Below, in pieces: positions 45,001-54,028 of a DNA stretch of 64,000 nt (the first letter of the stretch is position 1; each line of letters opens with the position of its first letter). Source of the DNA: a virus; IMG/VR virus record IMGVR_UViG_3300032334_000335, positions 22,556 through 86,555 of that record. One strand, 5' to 3'. The position numbers and the translations under genes are program-made. Under the pieces are notes generated by a model. The model had not been told where the DNA came from. It searched no databases and saw only the letters and a program-made list of their open reading frames with translations.

Positions 45001-48000
45001 CCCATTCTTCATTTAATACTATACTTGCATCGTCTGCTCGACTCAGCTTATTGAATATTTTTGTAATGGCATTTGATGTGCCTTTTTCTCTAACAAATCC
45101 TTGATATAACTGGAACTGTGTTATCGGATCTTCTGCAAGATTCTGCAGATATTCTCTAGTTTGATAACCAATAGCGTGACGTGCTAGGGAACGTTGGTCT
45201 TCACCAATACCTTCCGATGATACATTATAATAATCTTCTATCTGATTAATTTTATAATCAAAGTTAGAGATAAGTTGTTTTTCTGGGGTGGAATCTAGTT
45301 TTGACCAATAATCATTATTGAATGTTTCTGATCCTAACTGATTAATCAAACTAGTCCAGTTATATGATTTATAAGAAACAATATCGCCAAGTTTGTAATC
45401 AGTAAACGGTTGCCATACTTGTATGTTTACATTGTCAAATAAGAATCCAGGACTGGTATAATCACCGTCCCAATCAACTGTACGGAATCCCTGTGTCTTA
45501 ATTCTTTCTTGTCTATAACCAGTGATTTTATCATAGATAATATCATTGAAAACTGTTCTATCAGAAAACACACTAACATGTTCTTTTAATACAAAATAAA
45601 GTTTTAGATAATAGATGCCTTCAGTTGTATTAGTTGTTTCAATTGTGACATTCTGAAAGGTTCTATTAACATTGATAAATTTAGAGTTTAATGTTTGGCC
45701 ATCGGCTCTTAGAACTTGATAGTCGTAGAATCCGTCAAGAATATTATCAGCTACTCCAATACTGATGTTGACATTAAGTTTTTCAGCGGCTGGGCTTAGT
45801 GTTAGCAACGATCCTATTGACCAACTATGTTTGGTCCAGAACATAAATTCTTTGGCACTAGTTAACCAGTCTTGCGGTGATTGTGTTACAGTATCGTATC
45901 TGTCAAATATAAAACCAACTGACTGTAGATACTTCTGATACCCTAACAAGAAGTCAACTACTGCTTGAATAGAAGGTAACTTTGTTCCGTAGCTGATTTG
46001 TTTTACTTTTAATGTGTTAAAGTTTCTTCTATAAGATGCTTCAACTGCACCCACGATCGGTAGTTTTCCAAGTTTTTGCCACATTGTGGTATCAAAGAAA
46101 TCACCGCTATTATGAGTTTTTATACTTCTGTAATAGTCGTTACCGTAGCTTACTACTTGACCGTTATTATAAGTTTTGTTTGTGGTCCAATATAAAAATC
46201 CTTCGCTGACTCCTCCGACAGAAATTATCGGATCTCTCTGATTTACAAGTGCATCAAAATAGTTAAAATACGGATGAATGTCATCATAGCCTGTTAGTAT
46301 CCAACCGCCTTCTGTTTTTTCTAGAATAATTCCGCTGTAGGCAATACTAGAAATAGGTGAACTTACATTAAAAATAATGTCGTAGTTTTCAGGGGGGACA
46401 TAAACACTGCTGCTAGTTGATTTTGGACTCTTACTATCTAACAGATATTTTTGATTTGTTTTATCAACAAATCCTGATAATCTACTAGACAACGCAACGT
46501 CGAGGTTTTCAATCTTGGCCTGTACTGATGCAACTGTTAATCCCTTAGACTTGGCATATGAAACCAAATATAGCACTAGACCTGTGGCTTGTTTTCCGCC
46601 GCTGTCAGGAATATTAATTCTATCTAGGGTTTGGAATTGATTAGTAGTAGAGTCTACGATCTGACCGATTTTATTAACCACTGTCTGAGATCTGTCAAAG
46701 TTATCTGAAATAAACTCAAATGGTTTCATTAAGCACATTGCCATAGATACTGCAAATGGCCATTCGCTTGATGATCTCCAACCGTATTCAACTGGTGATA
46801 CATCACCTAATACAAAACTGCCTTTGTTGTTTACTAAAGTGAAGTTTCCTGCTAGACCAGAATCTAACGGGCTTAATAGTTTGCCGTCGCCGTCTACTGG
46901 AATATGACTTAAAATAGTCGGACGCTTGTAACGATCGTATGTTCCTGCGTTAGTGCCACGTTTGATAATACCGTCGCGAAGATCTTCCCATAGCAATAGG
47001 TTACCTCGTGTATATGGTGCAGCACCGTACTCAGCATCCCACCAATCGGGTTTCTCGCTGAATCCAAGCATTTCCCAAGGACAACGATGTGGACGATCAG
47101 TATCGTAAAAATATTGATATACTCCTCTCCACCAACCAGGCAAGTTTTCTGTGCCCGTAGGATCAGTCATGTTGCTGTAGGTATATGTGAAGGAGTTCTC
47201 ACTGTCAAAGTAAGTATTCTCTGTATAGTTTATATTGGTATTTCTAATCCATTTTAGAAATTCTTGTATAACTACAGAATCTAGTTGAGATTTTTTATAT
47301 GTTCCATAACCGTTGTAACCGCCGACCATTGAATCAATATCAAAAATTCCAGTATCGTATTCTTGTTTAATATTATTGTAAATTCTGTATTCTAACTCTA
47401 ATAATAAATCATCTCTAAAATCTCTATACGCAGGAGTGATGCTACCATCATGTCCTTGTATTACTAGTTTAGGTTCAACGTAAGTGTCATCTAAGAACAT
47501 ACTCGGAGTGTATTTTTTATACATTCCTAGTGATGTAGGAGTAGGAGGAATATGATTAGATGCTGTTGATACATACTCTCTAATCTGGAGTTTATCACCT
47601 TCGACTAATACTGTAGACGAGGTTAATATTACAAAACCAAAAGTATCATTAAACTTATAATCTCTTCCGTGAAGTTTTTGTACATCGTTAACATAAACAT
47701 ATACCGCTCTTCGGCTGAGCTCATTTAAACTAAATTTTTCAGATAGAGCATATGTAGTAATGCCTGTATCTTCAACAATATAATCAATAGAAGTATATGC
47801 ACCGCTACCAATCATGTCCGAATCAGAGAATGGGCTAGATGTTGTTTTTGTCTTTGTTAAATCATTGATAATATCGTCTACCATATCTGGGACAACATCA
47901 TTAAAATCTATTTCGGTCGCTCTAGCTATAAAATTATTTTTAAAATCTGTATAAGATTTTTTAGCATACTGTATAGCTTTAACTATGTTATTCTGCTTAT

Positions 48001-50581
48001 CGCATAACAGACTGATAGATATTGGAGCTAGACCGGAATGTCTTAGGAATCGTTTTGCATATTTTTGATACTGATCTAAATCTCTTAGATTTGACGAGCC
48101 AGGAATTACTCCTGATAATCTGTTATCAAACTCAACTGCAGAGTTAATATGATCGATAGCTTGCCCTAAGGTAAAGGATTCTAGTTTTTCATTTAAAGGA
48201 TTTTTTTCCAGGCCGACTGGTATTTCATAATATCCAGTGTGTGGTTCTAAATCTGTTATTAGCTTGATCGAAACAACATCTGCTTCTGCAAATGTTATGT
48301 TATTGAATGTAAAAATTCCACCAGATCTAACATACGAATCATTGATCTTTGTACCGTTCAAATAAAAGTTTATATCAATAGCACTGTCATCTGTAACCTG
48401 TGACCAATCAATTATCGTAGTTGTGATCTTATTGGTAGCTGTTTCAATCACTGTGCTATCAACCAAAGGCTGCACATATGTTCCGTCTAGAGGAATCCAC
48501 CCATTAGAATACTCATTGATTACATTTATTTTGTAGTATCCTACAGAAATATATTTGCTTAAAACTGTCTGCCCCTGATTATATAGGAAAGAATCAATTT
48601 CCCAATCCCAGTTAAAAAGAATGTCGCCGACGTTGTCGATGTTAAGATGACTTATACTAAAACCTAACTGACTATCAGCTATGCTGTTTCCAATTTTATA
48701 ACTAAAAAGTTTTGTTCCTAAAAATGTACTAACAGGATATAAGTCCTGATCTGAAAAACTAACTTCATCAGAATCAAAGGCATCAAACAATGGAGCTTGT
48801 TGTACGGTATTTTTAACCTGGCTTTTCTTCCAGGCTGTTCCGTTAAAGTGGAACATATATCCCGCATTCTTTGTTCCTCGACGCACTAATACACCGTTAC
48901 CGATAACTGTTTCTGAATCTGTAGATTCTTTTAAACTTATCTGTCTTCTGTTATTATGTGTAATAAATGTAACAACGTAGATTTTATTGTTTGCTAATGT
49001 GTCAGTGTCTCCGACAACAAGAATACGTGCTCCGTCAAATAACTCTTCACCGTCAATGTTGTATCCGGTACTTCCTTCTATTGTTGAAAACACATCAGAT
49101 GTAAAATCATCAATGTAATCTACATCGTCTTTGGCAATCGACCCGTGATTAAACAACTGAATATTTGAAATAAATTCAATAATAGGTCTTTTTGCTCTAG
49201 CAGTTTCTGTTGCTGGAAAATCTTGTCCTCGTTGATTGAATGCATATTCTAATACAGATTTGTGAAACCATCTGTTATATCGACTCCATGGATTTCTATC
49301 AACACTTGATCGATTAATCGTTAGATAATCTTTCTGTCCCGGATATGCTGCTGCATCATCAAAAGGCTGTGTATCAAATCCTTCGTTATCAAAAGATACT
49401 TCTGGTGCTTCTGAGATAAGGACAGGAACAACTAGTTCAGAAAATTTTGTAAGAGTGATCTCTTTACCTACGCCCTCAACTAACCATGTTTCATTTGCAT
49501 ACTTTGAAGGAACTACCTTGCCTAAAAATTCTACAACTAGTCCGTTGGTAAATGTAATACCATTGCTGCTGGTGTATTGACTTTTTCCTAGAATCTCTTT
49601 TGTTACATTAATACTTGTATTCGATTCAATGTTTGCTATAATAAATCTGCCAAACTTGTTAGGATCAACAATACTTTGATAGAATAAAATGTCTGGGGAG
49701 TCGTAGGGAACTTTAAAAGTAACTGTGCCTTTTTGTATACCGTTATTTGTAACTCCGATATTATAATCAAGAGCAGTCGCTGATGCTGAAACATTTTCAA
49801 TAAACTCCCAGTTCTCTGAGTTTAAATCAATAGTACTACCATCTAATGGTAATATTGTTTTTTTAGCTCTCCACAGCTTATTGTCATAGACAACCACTTG
49901 CCCGGCAGTGTACGTCAAAGTTTCATTGAACATTAACGAGCCAGTGTCATAACCTGTTCTAATAACAAATCCCTCGTTGGGAACATCTACATTAAATTTG
50001 TATGTCTGACCTCTGTATAGAATTAGTGCCGGATTATTTGTTGCTCCGTCGGGAGTAAACACAAAAGAGTTTAGTCCTAATGAAACCTTATAAGAACTGA
50101 TAACTGATGCTGCTTGTCCGCTTACTGAAACTGCCGGTGGGCCTTCTGGGATCCAATAATATTCTCGGTAGTTAACAAACTTATCCCAATCAATAGGAGG
50201 GTTCCAAGAATAATGCGTTTGAGATGTAACCAGTGCATCTCTCTCTTCGGTATTTCCAAAGAATTTTATTTGATTTTTAAAATCTAAGTAATCATAAAAA
50301 GAATCTATCTTTCCATTTTCTTTAGAAACAACTCCAGGTTCTAACTGATATCTACTTCTTAAAGTGTTATCTGAGTCAAGATAAACATCCTTTCCTCGAT
50401 AAGTTTTACCGTATCGACGACCGACATATCCAACATTTTTTTGAAGGACGCCGGGTTGTATTAAAGGATCAACAACACCAGATAAAAATTTATCATTTGT
50501 ATCTGTTCTAAAAACTGTAGGGAGTAGATCTACAGCTTGTCTTAATGGTAATCCGCTTTGTGGAAACTTTTTATCTGCCAT
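36092..50581 (-). CDS. Giant 4829-aa virion structural protein (baseplate wedge gp7-like position) with carbohydrate-binding-like and beta-propeller repeats
   Basis: Uninterrupted ORF directly after the gp6-like gene; about 7 Y..G..V.Y...W/Y repeats; about 6 FG.S.A....L.VG.P repeats. Confidence 0.75.
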   Translation of the reverse strand: MADKKFPQSGLPLRQAVDLLPTVFRTDTNDKFLSGVVDPLIQPGVLQKNVGYVGRRYGKTYRGKDVYLDSDNTLRSRYQLEPGVVSKENGKIDSFYDYLDFKNQIKFFGNTEERDALVTSQTHYSWNPPIDWDKFVNYREYYWIPEGPPAVSVSGQAASVISSYKVSLGLNSFVFTPDGATNNPALILYRGQTYKFNVDVPNEGFVIRTGYDTGSLMFNETLTYTAGQVVVYDNKLWRAKKTILPLDGSTIDLNSENWEFIENVSASATALDYNIGVTNNGIQKGTVTFKVPYDSPDILFYQSIVDPNKFGRFIIANIESNTSINVTKEILGKSQYTSSNGITFTNGLVVEFLGKVVPSKYANETWLVEGVGKEITLTKFSELVVPVLISEAPEVSFDNEGFDTQPFDDAAAYPGQKDYLTINRSSVDRNPWSRYNRWFHKSVLEYAFNQRGQDFPATETARAKRPIIEFISNIQLFNHGSIAKDDVDYIDDFTSDVFSTIEGSTGYNIDGEELFDGARILVVGDTDTLANNKIYVVTFITHNNRRQISLKESTDSETVIGNGVLVRRGTKNAGYMFHFNGTAWKKSQVKNTVQQAPLFDAFDSDEVSFSDQDLYPVSTFLGTKLFSYKIGNSIADSQLGFSISHLNIDNVGDILFNWDWEIDSFLYNQGQTVLSKYISVGYYKINVINEYSNGWIPLDGTYVQPLVDSTVIETATNKITTTIIDWSQVTDDSAIDINFYLNGTKINDSYVRSGGIFTFNNITFAEADVVSIKLITDLEPHTGYYEIPVGLEKNPLNEKLESFTLGQAIDHINSAVEFDNRLSGVIPGSSNLRDLDQYQKYAKRFLRHSGLAPISISLLCDKQNNIVKAIQYAKKSYTDFKNNFIARATEIDFNDVVPDMVDDIINDLTKTKTTSSPFSDSDMIGSGAYTSIDYIVEDTGITTYALSEKFSLNELSRRAVYVYVNDVQKLHGRDYKFNDTFGFVILTSSTVLVEGDKLQIREYVSTASNHIPPTPTSLGMYKKYTPSMFLDDTYVEPKLVIQGHDGSITPAYRDFRDDLLLELEYRIYNNIKQEYDTGIFDIDSMVGGYNGYGTYKKSQLDSVVIQEFLKWIRNTNINYTENTYFDSENSFTYTYSNMTDPTGTENLPGWWRGVYQYFYDTDRPHRCPWEMLGFSEKPDWWDAEYGAAPYTRGNLLLWEDLRDGIIKRGTNAGTYDRYKRPTILSHIPVDGDGKLLSPLDSGLAGNFTLVNNKGSFVLGDVSPVEYGWRSSSEWPFAVSMAMCLMKPFEFISDNFDRSQTVVNKIGQIVDSTTNQFQTLDRINIPDSGGKQATGLVLYLVSYAKSKGLTVASVQAKIENLDVALSSRLSGFVDKTNQKYLLDSKSPKSTSSSVYVPPENYDIIFNVSSPISSIAYSGIILEKTEGGWILTGYDDIHPYFNYFDALVNQRDPIISVGGVSEGFLYWTTNKTYNNGQVVSYGNDYYRSIKTHNSGDFFDTTMWQKLGKLPIVGAVEASYRRNFNTLKVKQISYGTKLPSIQAVVDFLLGYQKYLQSVGFIFDRYDTVTQSPQDWLTSAKEFMFWTKHSWSIGSLLTLSPAAEKLNVNISIGVADNILDGFYDYQVLRADGQTLNSKFINVNRTFQNVTIETTNTTEGIYYLKLYFVLKEHVSVFSDRTVFNDIIYDKITGYRQERIKTQGFRTVDWDGDYTSPGFLFDNVNIQVWQPFTDYKLGDIVSYKSYNWTSLINQLGSETFNNDYWSKLDSTPEKQLISNFDYKINQIEDYYNVSSEGIGEDQRSLARHAIGYQTREYLQNLAEDPITQFQLYQGFVREKGTSNAITKIFNKLSRADDASIVLNEEWAFRVGQVGGIDQLKEIEFEVSKSKFALNPQLMLIVPSVGGTTTDQYYRLTESNFTIKDLPFDTNVNPTSYDAEPNRTSGYVKSDHVAFSVATRDSILALDIVNFTENDHVWVTFDTPSWSVLRFNESPLLLVTAVSKVLTTVEITLSRRHSLQVDDIIGIKNVINLTGFFKITAVTSNTVSVEVSATAQEPGFDSSTIINLHTFTDCRFESYQAINPEAGALLKNNSRMWVDNAGADLWEVVEKKKQFSNRLISDYGITAPLSTGTAVVYISALKQTIVSMPKSGYVMSYIESDTGLSLKQIIPPPAGFETNVIGSFGMKLAVSPDNRFLVIASPLASGIRNNYKGIYNPGTTYLAGDIVEYSGKLWKALEDTTFNLSPVYLSSIVPGRYYKIVSLGSTSQSKWNQAAGTSGKTYVEGQSFKAVAAVTVLPGTGYVIQLNDSTIDIASQKWAAAESIPATPVGRSDGFTEQGMISIYEYSDQQWVIRDSFVSPRPEANERFGSAIAIGQSSLDYYLAVSAIGSYHTTGRVYLYNYLGTQNAQEVVVTFSGSQIQHGVSYDAVVFTEPHGLYQGQAMSYQNGTLSGQFVSTATSPPPPDIGTVFYVVRWSATVISLAATAYDAIHPTEAVAAGRLIDLTDIGIDDSSYHTLISTSVPPAWRHIENQNYMGVYDNTGSVKYPAGAIVWHNSSLWQAQNDTTGDGSTININSNEWKQLDPVATQCSLPQVLSLEDDGSTLLQLSAGLLDPSQLAEQVKQGDEFGFSLAMNRDGSILAVGVPNSDGQYFNNYRGLWRPDVEYVEGDTVKYQDFYHTLVQRTAEIPDSTTRSYNEMPDAGLPWQNVGDSTSTASGKVFVYQRSSYGTYDLKQTINNGALSDISDLGTSENISSGDQFGWALDLDYSGSTLAVTSPKADINFQNQGSAYVFRTDGYADLSYRLKQKLESFEIYPNEYFGQSISVSANTEKIVIGAKNTPFALSCRLDTTLGTYFDNGKTRFIDRQGFAGAVYVFEIKDSVYFLTEKLETELSPFESFGYSVDCTDSVIVVGSPDYQTPVSNSTGVSYTDGKVGNVRLFKKDTGVESWETIAEQKPVVDISKIKSVSLYDNIKNEKIQDIDYIDPAKLKILNSAETEIKFKTPYDPAVYTIGTDSQVVEPTQAWAEKNVGQLWWDISTAKWNYYEQGTQAYRTGNWGVLAEGASIDIYEWIETPLLPNEWSALADTNEGIVEGISGQPLHPNNDVYTVKVLYNAVTGQPTSTLYYYWVKNKVIVPTSADNRSISAASVASLISNPSGSGIAFIAFIDTDKFLAYNFPNVLSDTALINIEYKKNNKPLNLVHNEYQLLTEGVADSLPSAKLENKWLDSLVGYDTAGNRVPDPALPAKQKYGLLFRPRQSMFVDRLPILKTVVGKINTVLLEEPFADTISFENLNLVDSQPNSLLNLYDIEVDTYIDLTTVGTNRIKQAKLRANIVDGQIDTIDIVDAGFGYKPKELFNQEVPNVYKGPPIVVSGDGVNASAICHMDGQGRITAVSITNRGRNYTTATATVRNFSVLVNIDSTANNFWSIYAWDDVRGVFFRSKSQAYDTTKYWELTDWWKSGYSITSRIIKEIANVTEEETITVLLGDLIKIKEYGTGGWAIFQKTSETGATFIDRYSMVAREKGTINIKSTLYQTASAGIGYDTAQSFDTGFYDIENSKEMRNIFAAVKNDIFVGEYAVEWNNLFFSSIRYVFAEQQYVDWAFKTSFLNAVHNVGPLVEKLNYKNDNLLSFQEYINEVKPYRTTVREYVSRYNTIEPTNTAVGDFDLPPTYSTVDGKVVPVTSRNDIIGNYPWKLWSDNHGYSVTSIELFSKGEDYNAPPTVIITSVDGNGKGATAQAFISNGFVSGIKVLTPGAGYTVAPTITLVGGNSSGSATAMAVAIIGDSKARTFSLSMKLDRITKDGLYSSFTQSQRFVATGATGSFTLSYAPNRNKSKITVIKNNRILLGSEYSISLYTEMSDTYRQLKGKLILVDAPAKNDVIEITYEKNDSLLDSVNRIQKFYNPSSSMIGNDLSQLMTGIDFGGVQIQGTTFDVTGGWDALPWFTDSWDSVESSSDFYYVMDIDSSADSTTAYKKGSVIKYSNRLYRAIKKTADSAGNVILPLTENNWQDYWEDFNIVLPYTPPEGQQITVYIKRVGQLSAVRIDDPNYQQTEWDSSSAINPYAEMPTFIANGTSNIIEITQYVELNNGDTLIFRPLESDGSVTILDPNLLDTRLSGGTLSAIQGAYQTANGLSAEDIVVDGDKFVSPDQVPAPEENVPGQVLDSVSIKVFHSTRFGVAPLQSRIAVASGGKIFSIGLNVLESQSVLVYVDKVKRNTGTDPLDYSVNLRTLSVEFVTAPTAGSIVEIISIGVGGVSLLDYQEFEADGETGLFLTKANYADTSSIFVTVNGEYQDIGFIDSTGVIDTEGKVLVQFGIKPNNRDIIKIISLGSSGNTDTSSIPIVRVNQQSFTYRGTERRFGLDNFVTLATASAVESMIVQINNVALIGVDTLYSTYDGTVNEFVLGLDPVEPPGTILPTNIFVYVNDELRTFVQDYVYDGTTKVLTIEPSILNHGDIIKITNNFRTQYYVDGNDIVIDDSISLTTGDDVQVTWFGEYPSMKIVSDEFTGGKVQYQLAHEPVNISYVWVYKNGNRLTQDLDYSVSLPRSVVYLKDTTTVNDKIKIVLFGSEIYRAPSGYEIFKDMLNIYQYKRYSINEVSLAQPLNYYDTSMVVNNAAELPDPIPSRNIPGIISIAGEKIEYMSKVDNTLSQLRRGVAGTPIGNSYNTGTLIANSSSSEVIPYNENQERTDFVSDGSSLLIGPLDFIPQKRIDSLGATVEFTYTDTIPEGFYPCDTVEVFVAGKRLFKDPISIYNQTLGAASPAADEVREADFSVDGSTNYIRLTNKFDAGTRITIIRKTGRVWYNLGTDTTLTGVTLLENTTPQAIFIAQRTTKLPE

Positions 50582-50585
50582 GGTG

Positions 50586-53500
50586 TTATGTCGTTGTTAC
50601 TATTTGGTTGGTTGTTGCTCTAACTTCAGCTGCTGAGATCGTAGAAACTATTCTAATATCATCGACTGTTGCTCCGCTTACAAATATTTCGTTGGGTTTG
50701 CTTTGAATTTCAAATAGACTGCCAAATGCTTGTGTAGTCTGTGTAGGCAAAATAACCATGTTGCTAACGTCTGGTGAAACAGAGTTTAGAACATATGTGG
50801 TCATTTCACTAAGATAAAATTTATCTCCAAAATCCCAGTTATTGATATCAAAGAAAGTGTTAATGGCATTGATGATCCTTACTTTAAGATCATTGTCATT
50901 TACTGCTTTGTTAGGATTCTTAACTACTTTTATTTGTGCCTGTAGTTTTTCATCAGCTTTAGATCCAAATAATATTTTGTATTTTACAGGATGATAAATG
51001 ATCTCATCACTGATAGATTTGATAGAGTTTAGTTTTGATCCAAAGTTAACTCGGAGGCCATCACTAGATGGCGCTTCTGGCTCGGTTGAAACTGCACCTG
51101 CTAGATAGTTTCTAAAACTAGTGTCGTAGCTTCTTGTCAATAGGTAGATATCTATAATGTTGCTAACACTAGGATCAATTCTTCTGTCAACGCCTGCATT
51201 GTGTATATACTGAAACTTTAAGTTCCTACGACCAATATTGGCCTTGTAGTTGCTTTTTAAATCTAAAGTGTTGGTTGTTTTATTAACTTGTTTAACTCTA
51301 TTTTCAGCACTATCATAAAAATATATTAGTTGACCGTCTGTAAAATCAGTTATGTTTATACTGCCTTCTGTTTGTCTAACTAGGATTAGATCATTGCTGT
51401 TATCAACTAACGTATAGATTGTTGAACCAGTGTCATCAACTATTTCCTCGAAAAACAAATATTGAAGATTTGAATCAGGACCAACAAGAATCTCAAAAGA
51501 TTCCGGATTGTCTATTATCGAATCGCTGTTAGTATCATAGAATGCAATTTTTATCTCTGAAGTGCTTTCGTAGCCATCTTCAAATTTAATAGTGTCGTCA
51601 ATCTGAAAAGGCACATTTTGATTTAATGCAGATATTAGATTTGCACCGGTATTGATTCCTAAAATATTAACAGTATCTTTAACAACATTGCCTGATTGAT
51701 CATTGTATTGCTTTTGATCTACATCAAAATAAAATCTGTTCTGCTCTACGCTTCCAAAAATGTAATCCATTGCTCTGACTCTAACAACATACTGATCAAT
51801 GTCTTTAACAAAGGCAATTATCCAAGATGCATCAATATTGCTTTTGGAAGTGTCTCCTGCTTTACCTAGACTGAAGTTTGATGTTAAATCTAAGTTTGAA
51901 GATGTGATAATATTCCAAGATGTAGTAAGATTATCATATCTTAAACCAAAGTTTAAGTTCTGAGAAACTAATGTCACTATCTCAAGTTCAAGATCAGTTG
52001 TAAGATCATTAGTGAATCTAGGAACGATTCTACTTGCAATAGCACCTGTCGGAACTGGTACGTTTAACGAAACTGCTCCAAGTCCGTTGGAAAGCACTCC
52101 ACGTCCGGCATTAGTACCGTCGCCTACTATTTTTACAACCTTAACCCATAGTCTGTCTGTTTGCTCAGAATCAGTTGTATCTGTAGTTACTAGCTTGCTT
52201 TTCTTAAAAGACTTACCTGAAGGTGCTACAAATTTTATCAAGGATCCATAGGTTAGGTATTTTAAACTGTTTGTTGAATATACTCCAACTTTCAATAAAG
52301 ACTGGTCGACAGCATTTTTAAAATAACCTGTTGATAGATTTACATCAGATGTTGTATTATTCCAAATAACATTAGTATCAGTAAACAATATTTTGTCAAA
52401 CTTAGTGATATAAAAATTATAAACATCAGTGTCAGTAAACACCTTTTCAATGTTTCTTCTAATAAAGTTAATAATATCAACCGTGCTTGTAAACTTAAAA
52501 TGTAACTCTCTTTCTTTTTCTTCTTTGTAGATATATCCGTCATCTGCAAACACTGTAATATCACTATACTTTCCAGTAGCGTCAATGATATCAAAGTTTC
52601 TGCTGATACCGCTAGATGTTCTATTAACTGATTTAATTTTTAAAATATCTTGACTGCTTGATAATGGAGCAAGATTATAATCTTCTCCTGTAATCATTCT
52701 GTTTTGTGTATAGTATACCGCAGGTGCATTAGTTCTAATGCTGTTGATAGATTCTGCAGCAGCTGATGAGCTTACAGTATATTGTAGGGCCAGACCAACT
52801 GTTAGAGTATGTGCGATTCCTTGCTTATTAAAATATGGAATAGCAATGTTGATACCTCGCATCTCTGTCGGAGCGATAGCATAGCTAAGTCCATTGCTTA
52901 CTCGATAATATACACGGAATGACCCTTGTGGAAGATTACCGTATACTCCGTCGGCAAACACCAGATCAATTCTGTCACTTTCTTTTGTAACCACTGAATA
53001 GATGTTTCTAACATTTTGTGATACGCTGTTATAGGCAATGTTATTTCCTATCAAGTTTGACACCTGGGTCCACTGGTCTTGTTGAGCTCCTACCGCATCG
53101 AGCTTATACAGCCAAACATCGTTGTTATTGATATTTTGACTGTCGACAGAAATAGTCTCGTTGGTTGTCGGAACGGCGATGCTAAAATCTGCTAGTTCCA
53201 AACTACCTTGTTTGAACATTAAGAAAAAACCAGTTGAAGAACTTGCTGGACCGGTACCGTCGTTTCTATAGATAAATCCTAACTGGTTTCCTGGAACTGG
53301 CGGTTCTTCATAGATGTATTCTTGGTCTTTGAAAGTTGTACTCACTAACTCAAAAGCCATAGAACGGCCAGCAACTGTCTTTGAATATGTATAGATAGGC
53401 ACATCTGTGCTGTTGGTTCTAAATCTGTATTGTTCTGTTGGAATGCCCTGGATCGTATCAGATCCTTGACTACGGCCAAACTCTGTGTTGTCGGCCATTG

Positions 53501-53987
53501 ATGAGTTTAACACAGTAATAAACTGTTCTAACCAGTTGGTGTTAGTAGGATCGTTCCAAGAAATCACTTGTTGTGCGAGATTTTTTCCATTGCTATCTAG
53601 TAGAGTTTCAGTGGTAGTCACTGAAGTAAATTTTAAAAGTCCTTCGGAAGCAATATTTCTTTTAGCATTATAGCTCAACATGCGAGCTATACGTAATACA
53701 CTGTCTTTTCTTTCTGCAAGTTCAATAAAGTTTTCGCGGCTGGCTAGATCGATACGGAATGCTAGACTTTGGCCGAGGAAGGCAACTGCATCAATCAGCG
53801 CAAGATATTCGCTTGATTCAATGTAATCGTTGAAATCTTCTGGGTAGTTTTCTCTAAGATAGGTGATGATAACTCTACGAAGATTTTCAAAATCGTAAGA
53901 TTTAAAATCAGCATTTTTAAATGTCTGATAAATCCGTTTCCAATCTTCATTAAGAATTAGGTTATTTTGTCTTGTTGTAGTTGTCAT
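50586..53987 (-). CDS. gp6: Baseplate wedge subunit, T4 gp6-like
   Basis: SYDFENLR...YLRENYPEDFND, SVLRIARMLSYN, ESINSIRTNAP..Y.QNRMITGEDY; follows gp25. Confidence 0.85.
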   Translation of the reverse strand: MTTTTRQNNLILNEDWKRIYQTFKNADFKSYDFENLRRVIITYLRENYPEDFNDYIESSEYLALIDAVAFLGQSLAFRIDLASRENFIELAERKDSVLRIARMLSYNAKRNIASEGLLKFTSVTTTETLLDSNGKNLAQQVISWNDPTNTNWLEQFITVLNSSMADNTEFGRSQGSDTIQGIPTEQYRFRTNSTDVPIYTYSKTVAGRSMAFELVSTTFKDQEYIYEEPPVPGNQLGFIYRNDGTGPASSSTGFFLMFKQGSLELADFSIAVPTTNETISVDSQNINNNDVWLYKLDAVGAQQDQWTQVSNLIGNNIAYNSVSQNVRNIYSVVTKESDRIDLVFADGVYGNLPQGSFRVYYRVSNGLSYAIAPTEMRGINIAIPYFNKQGIAHTLTVGLALQYTVSSSAAAESINSIRTNAPAVYYTQNRMITGEDYNLAPLSSSQDILKIKSVNRTSSGISRNFDIIDATGKYSDITVFADDGYIYKEEKERELHFKFTSTVDIINFIRRNIEKVFTDTDVYNFYITKFDKILFTDTNVIWNNTTSDVNLSTGYFKNAVDQSLLKVGVYSTNSLKYLTYGSLIKFVAPSGKSFKKSKLVTTDTTDSEQTDRLWVKVVKIVGDGTNAGRGVLSNGLGAVSLNVPVPTGAIASRIVPRFTNDLTTDLELEIVTLVSQNLNFGLRYDNLTTSWNIITSSNLDLTSNFSLGKAGDTSKSNIDASWIIAFVKDIDQYVVRVRAMDYIFGSVEQNRFYFDVDQKQYNDQSGNVVKDTVNILGINTGANLISALNQNVPFQIDDTIKFEDGYESTSEIKIAFYDTNSDSIIDNPESFEILVGPDSNLQYLFFEEIVDDTGSTIYTLVDNSNDLILVRQTEGSINITDFTDGQLIYFYDSAENRVKQVNKTTNTLDLKSNYKANIGRRNLKFQYIHNAGVDRRIDPSVSNIIDIYLLTRSYDTSFRNYLAGAVSTEPEAPSSDGLRVNFGSKLNSIKSISDEIIYHPVKYKILFGSKADEKLQAQIKVVKNPNKAVNDNDLKVRIINAINTFFDINNWDFGDKFYLSEMTTYVLNSVSPDVSNMVILPTQTTQAFGSLFEIQSKPNEIFVSGATVDDIRIVSTISAAEVRATTNQIVTTT

Positions 53988-54004
53988 CGTTTGTTCCTAT
54001 ATCA

Positions 54005-54010
54005 TATTTA
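54005..54010 (-). promoter_or_regulatory. Late promoter-like TAAATA upstream of gp6
   Basis: GGTAAATATGATATAGGAACAAACGATG on - strand. Confidence 0.5.
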
Positions 54011-54028
54011 CCAAACAAAATTAACTGC

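Noticed and set aside
36092-50581. Inteins or tape-measure identity for the giant ORF
   Set aside because: No C...HN splice or LAGLIDADG motifs noticed; the composition is beta-rich and aromatic, not the Ala-rich helical pattern of tape measures
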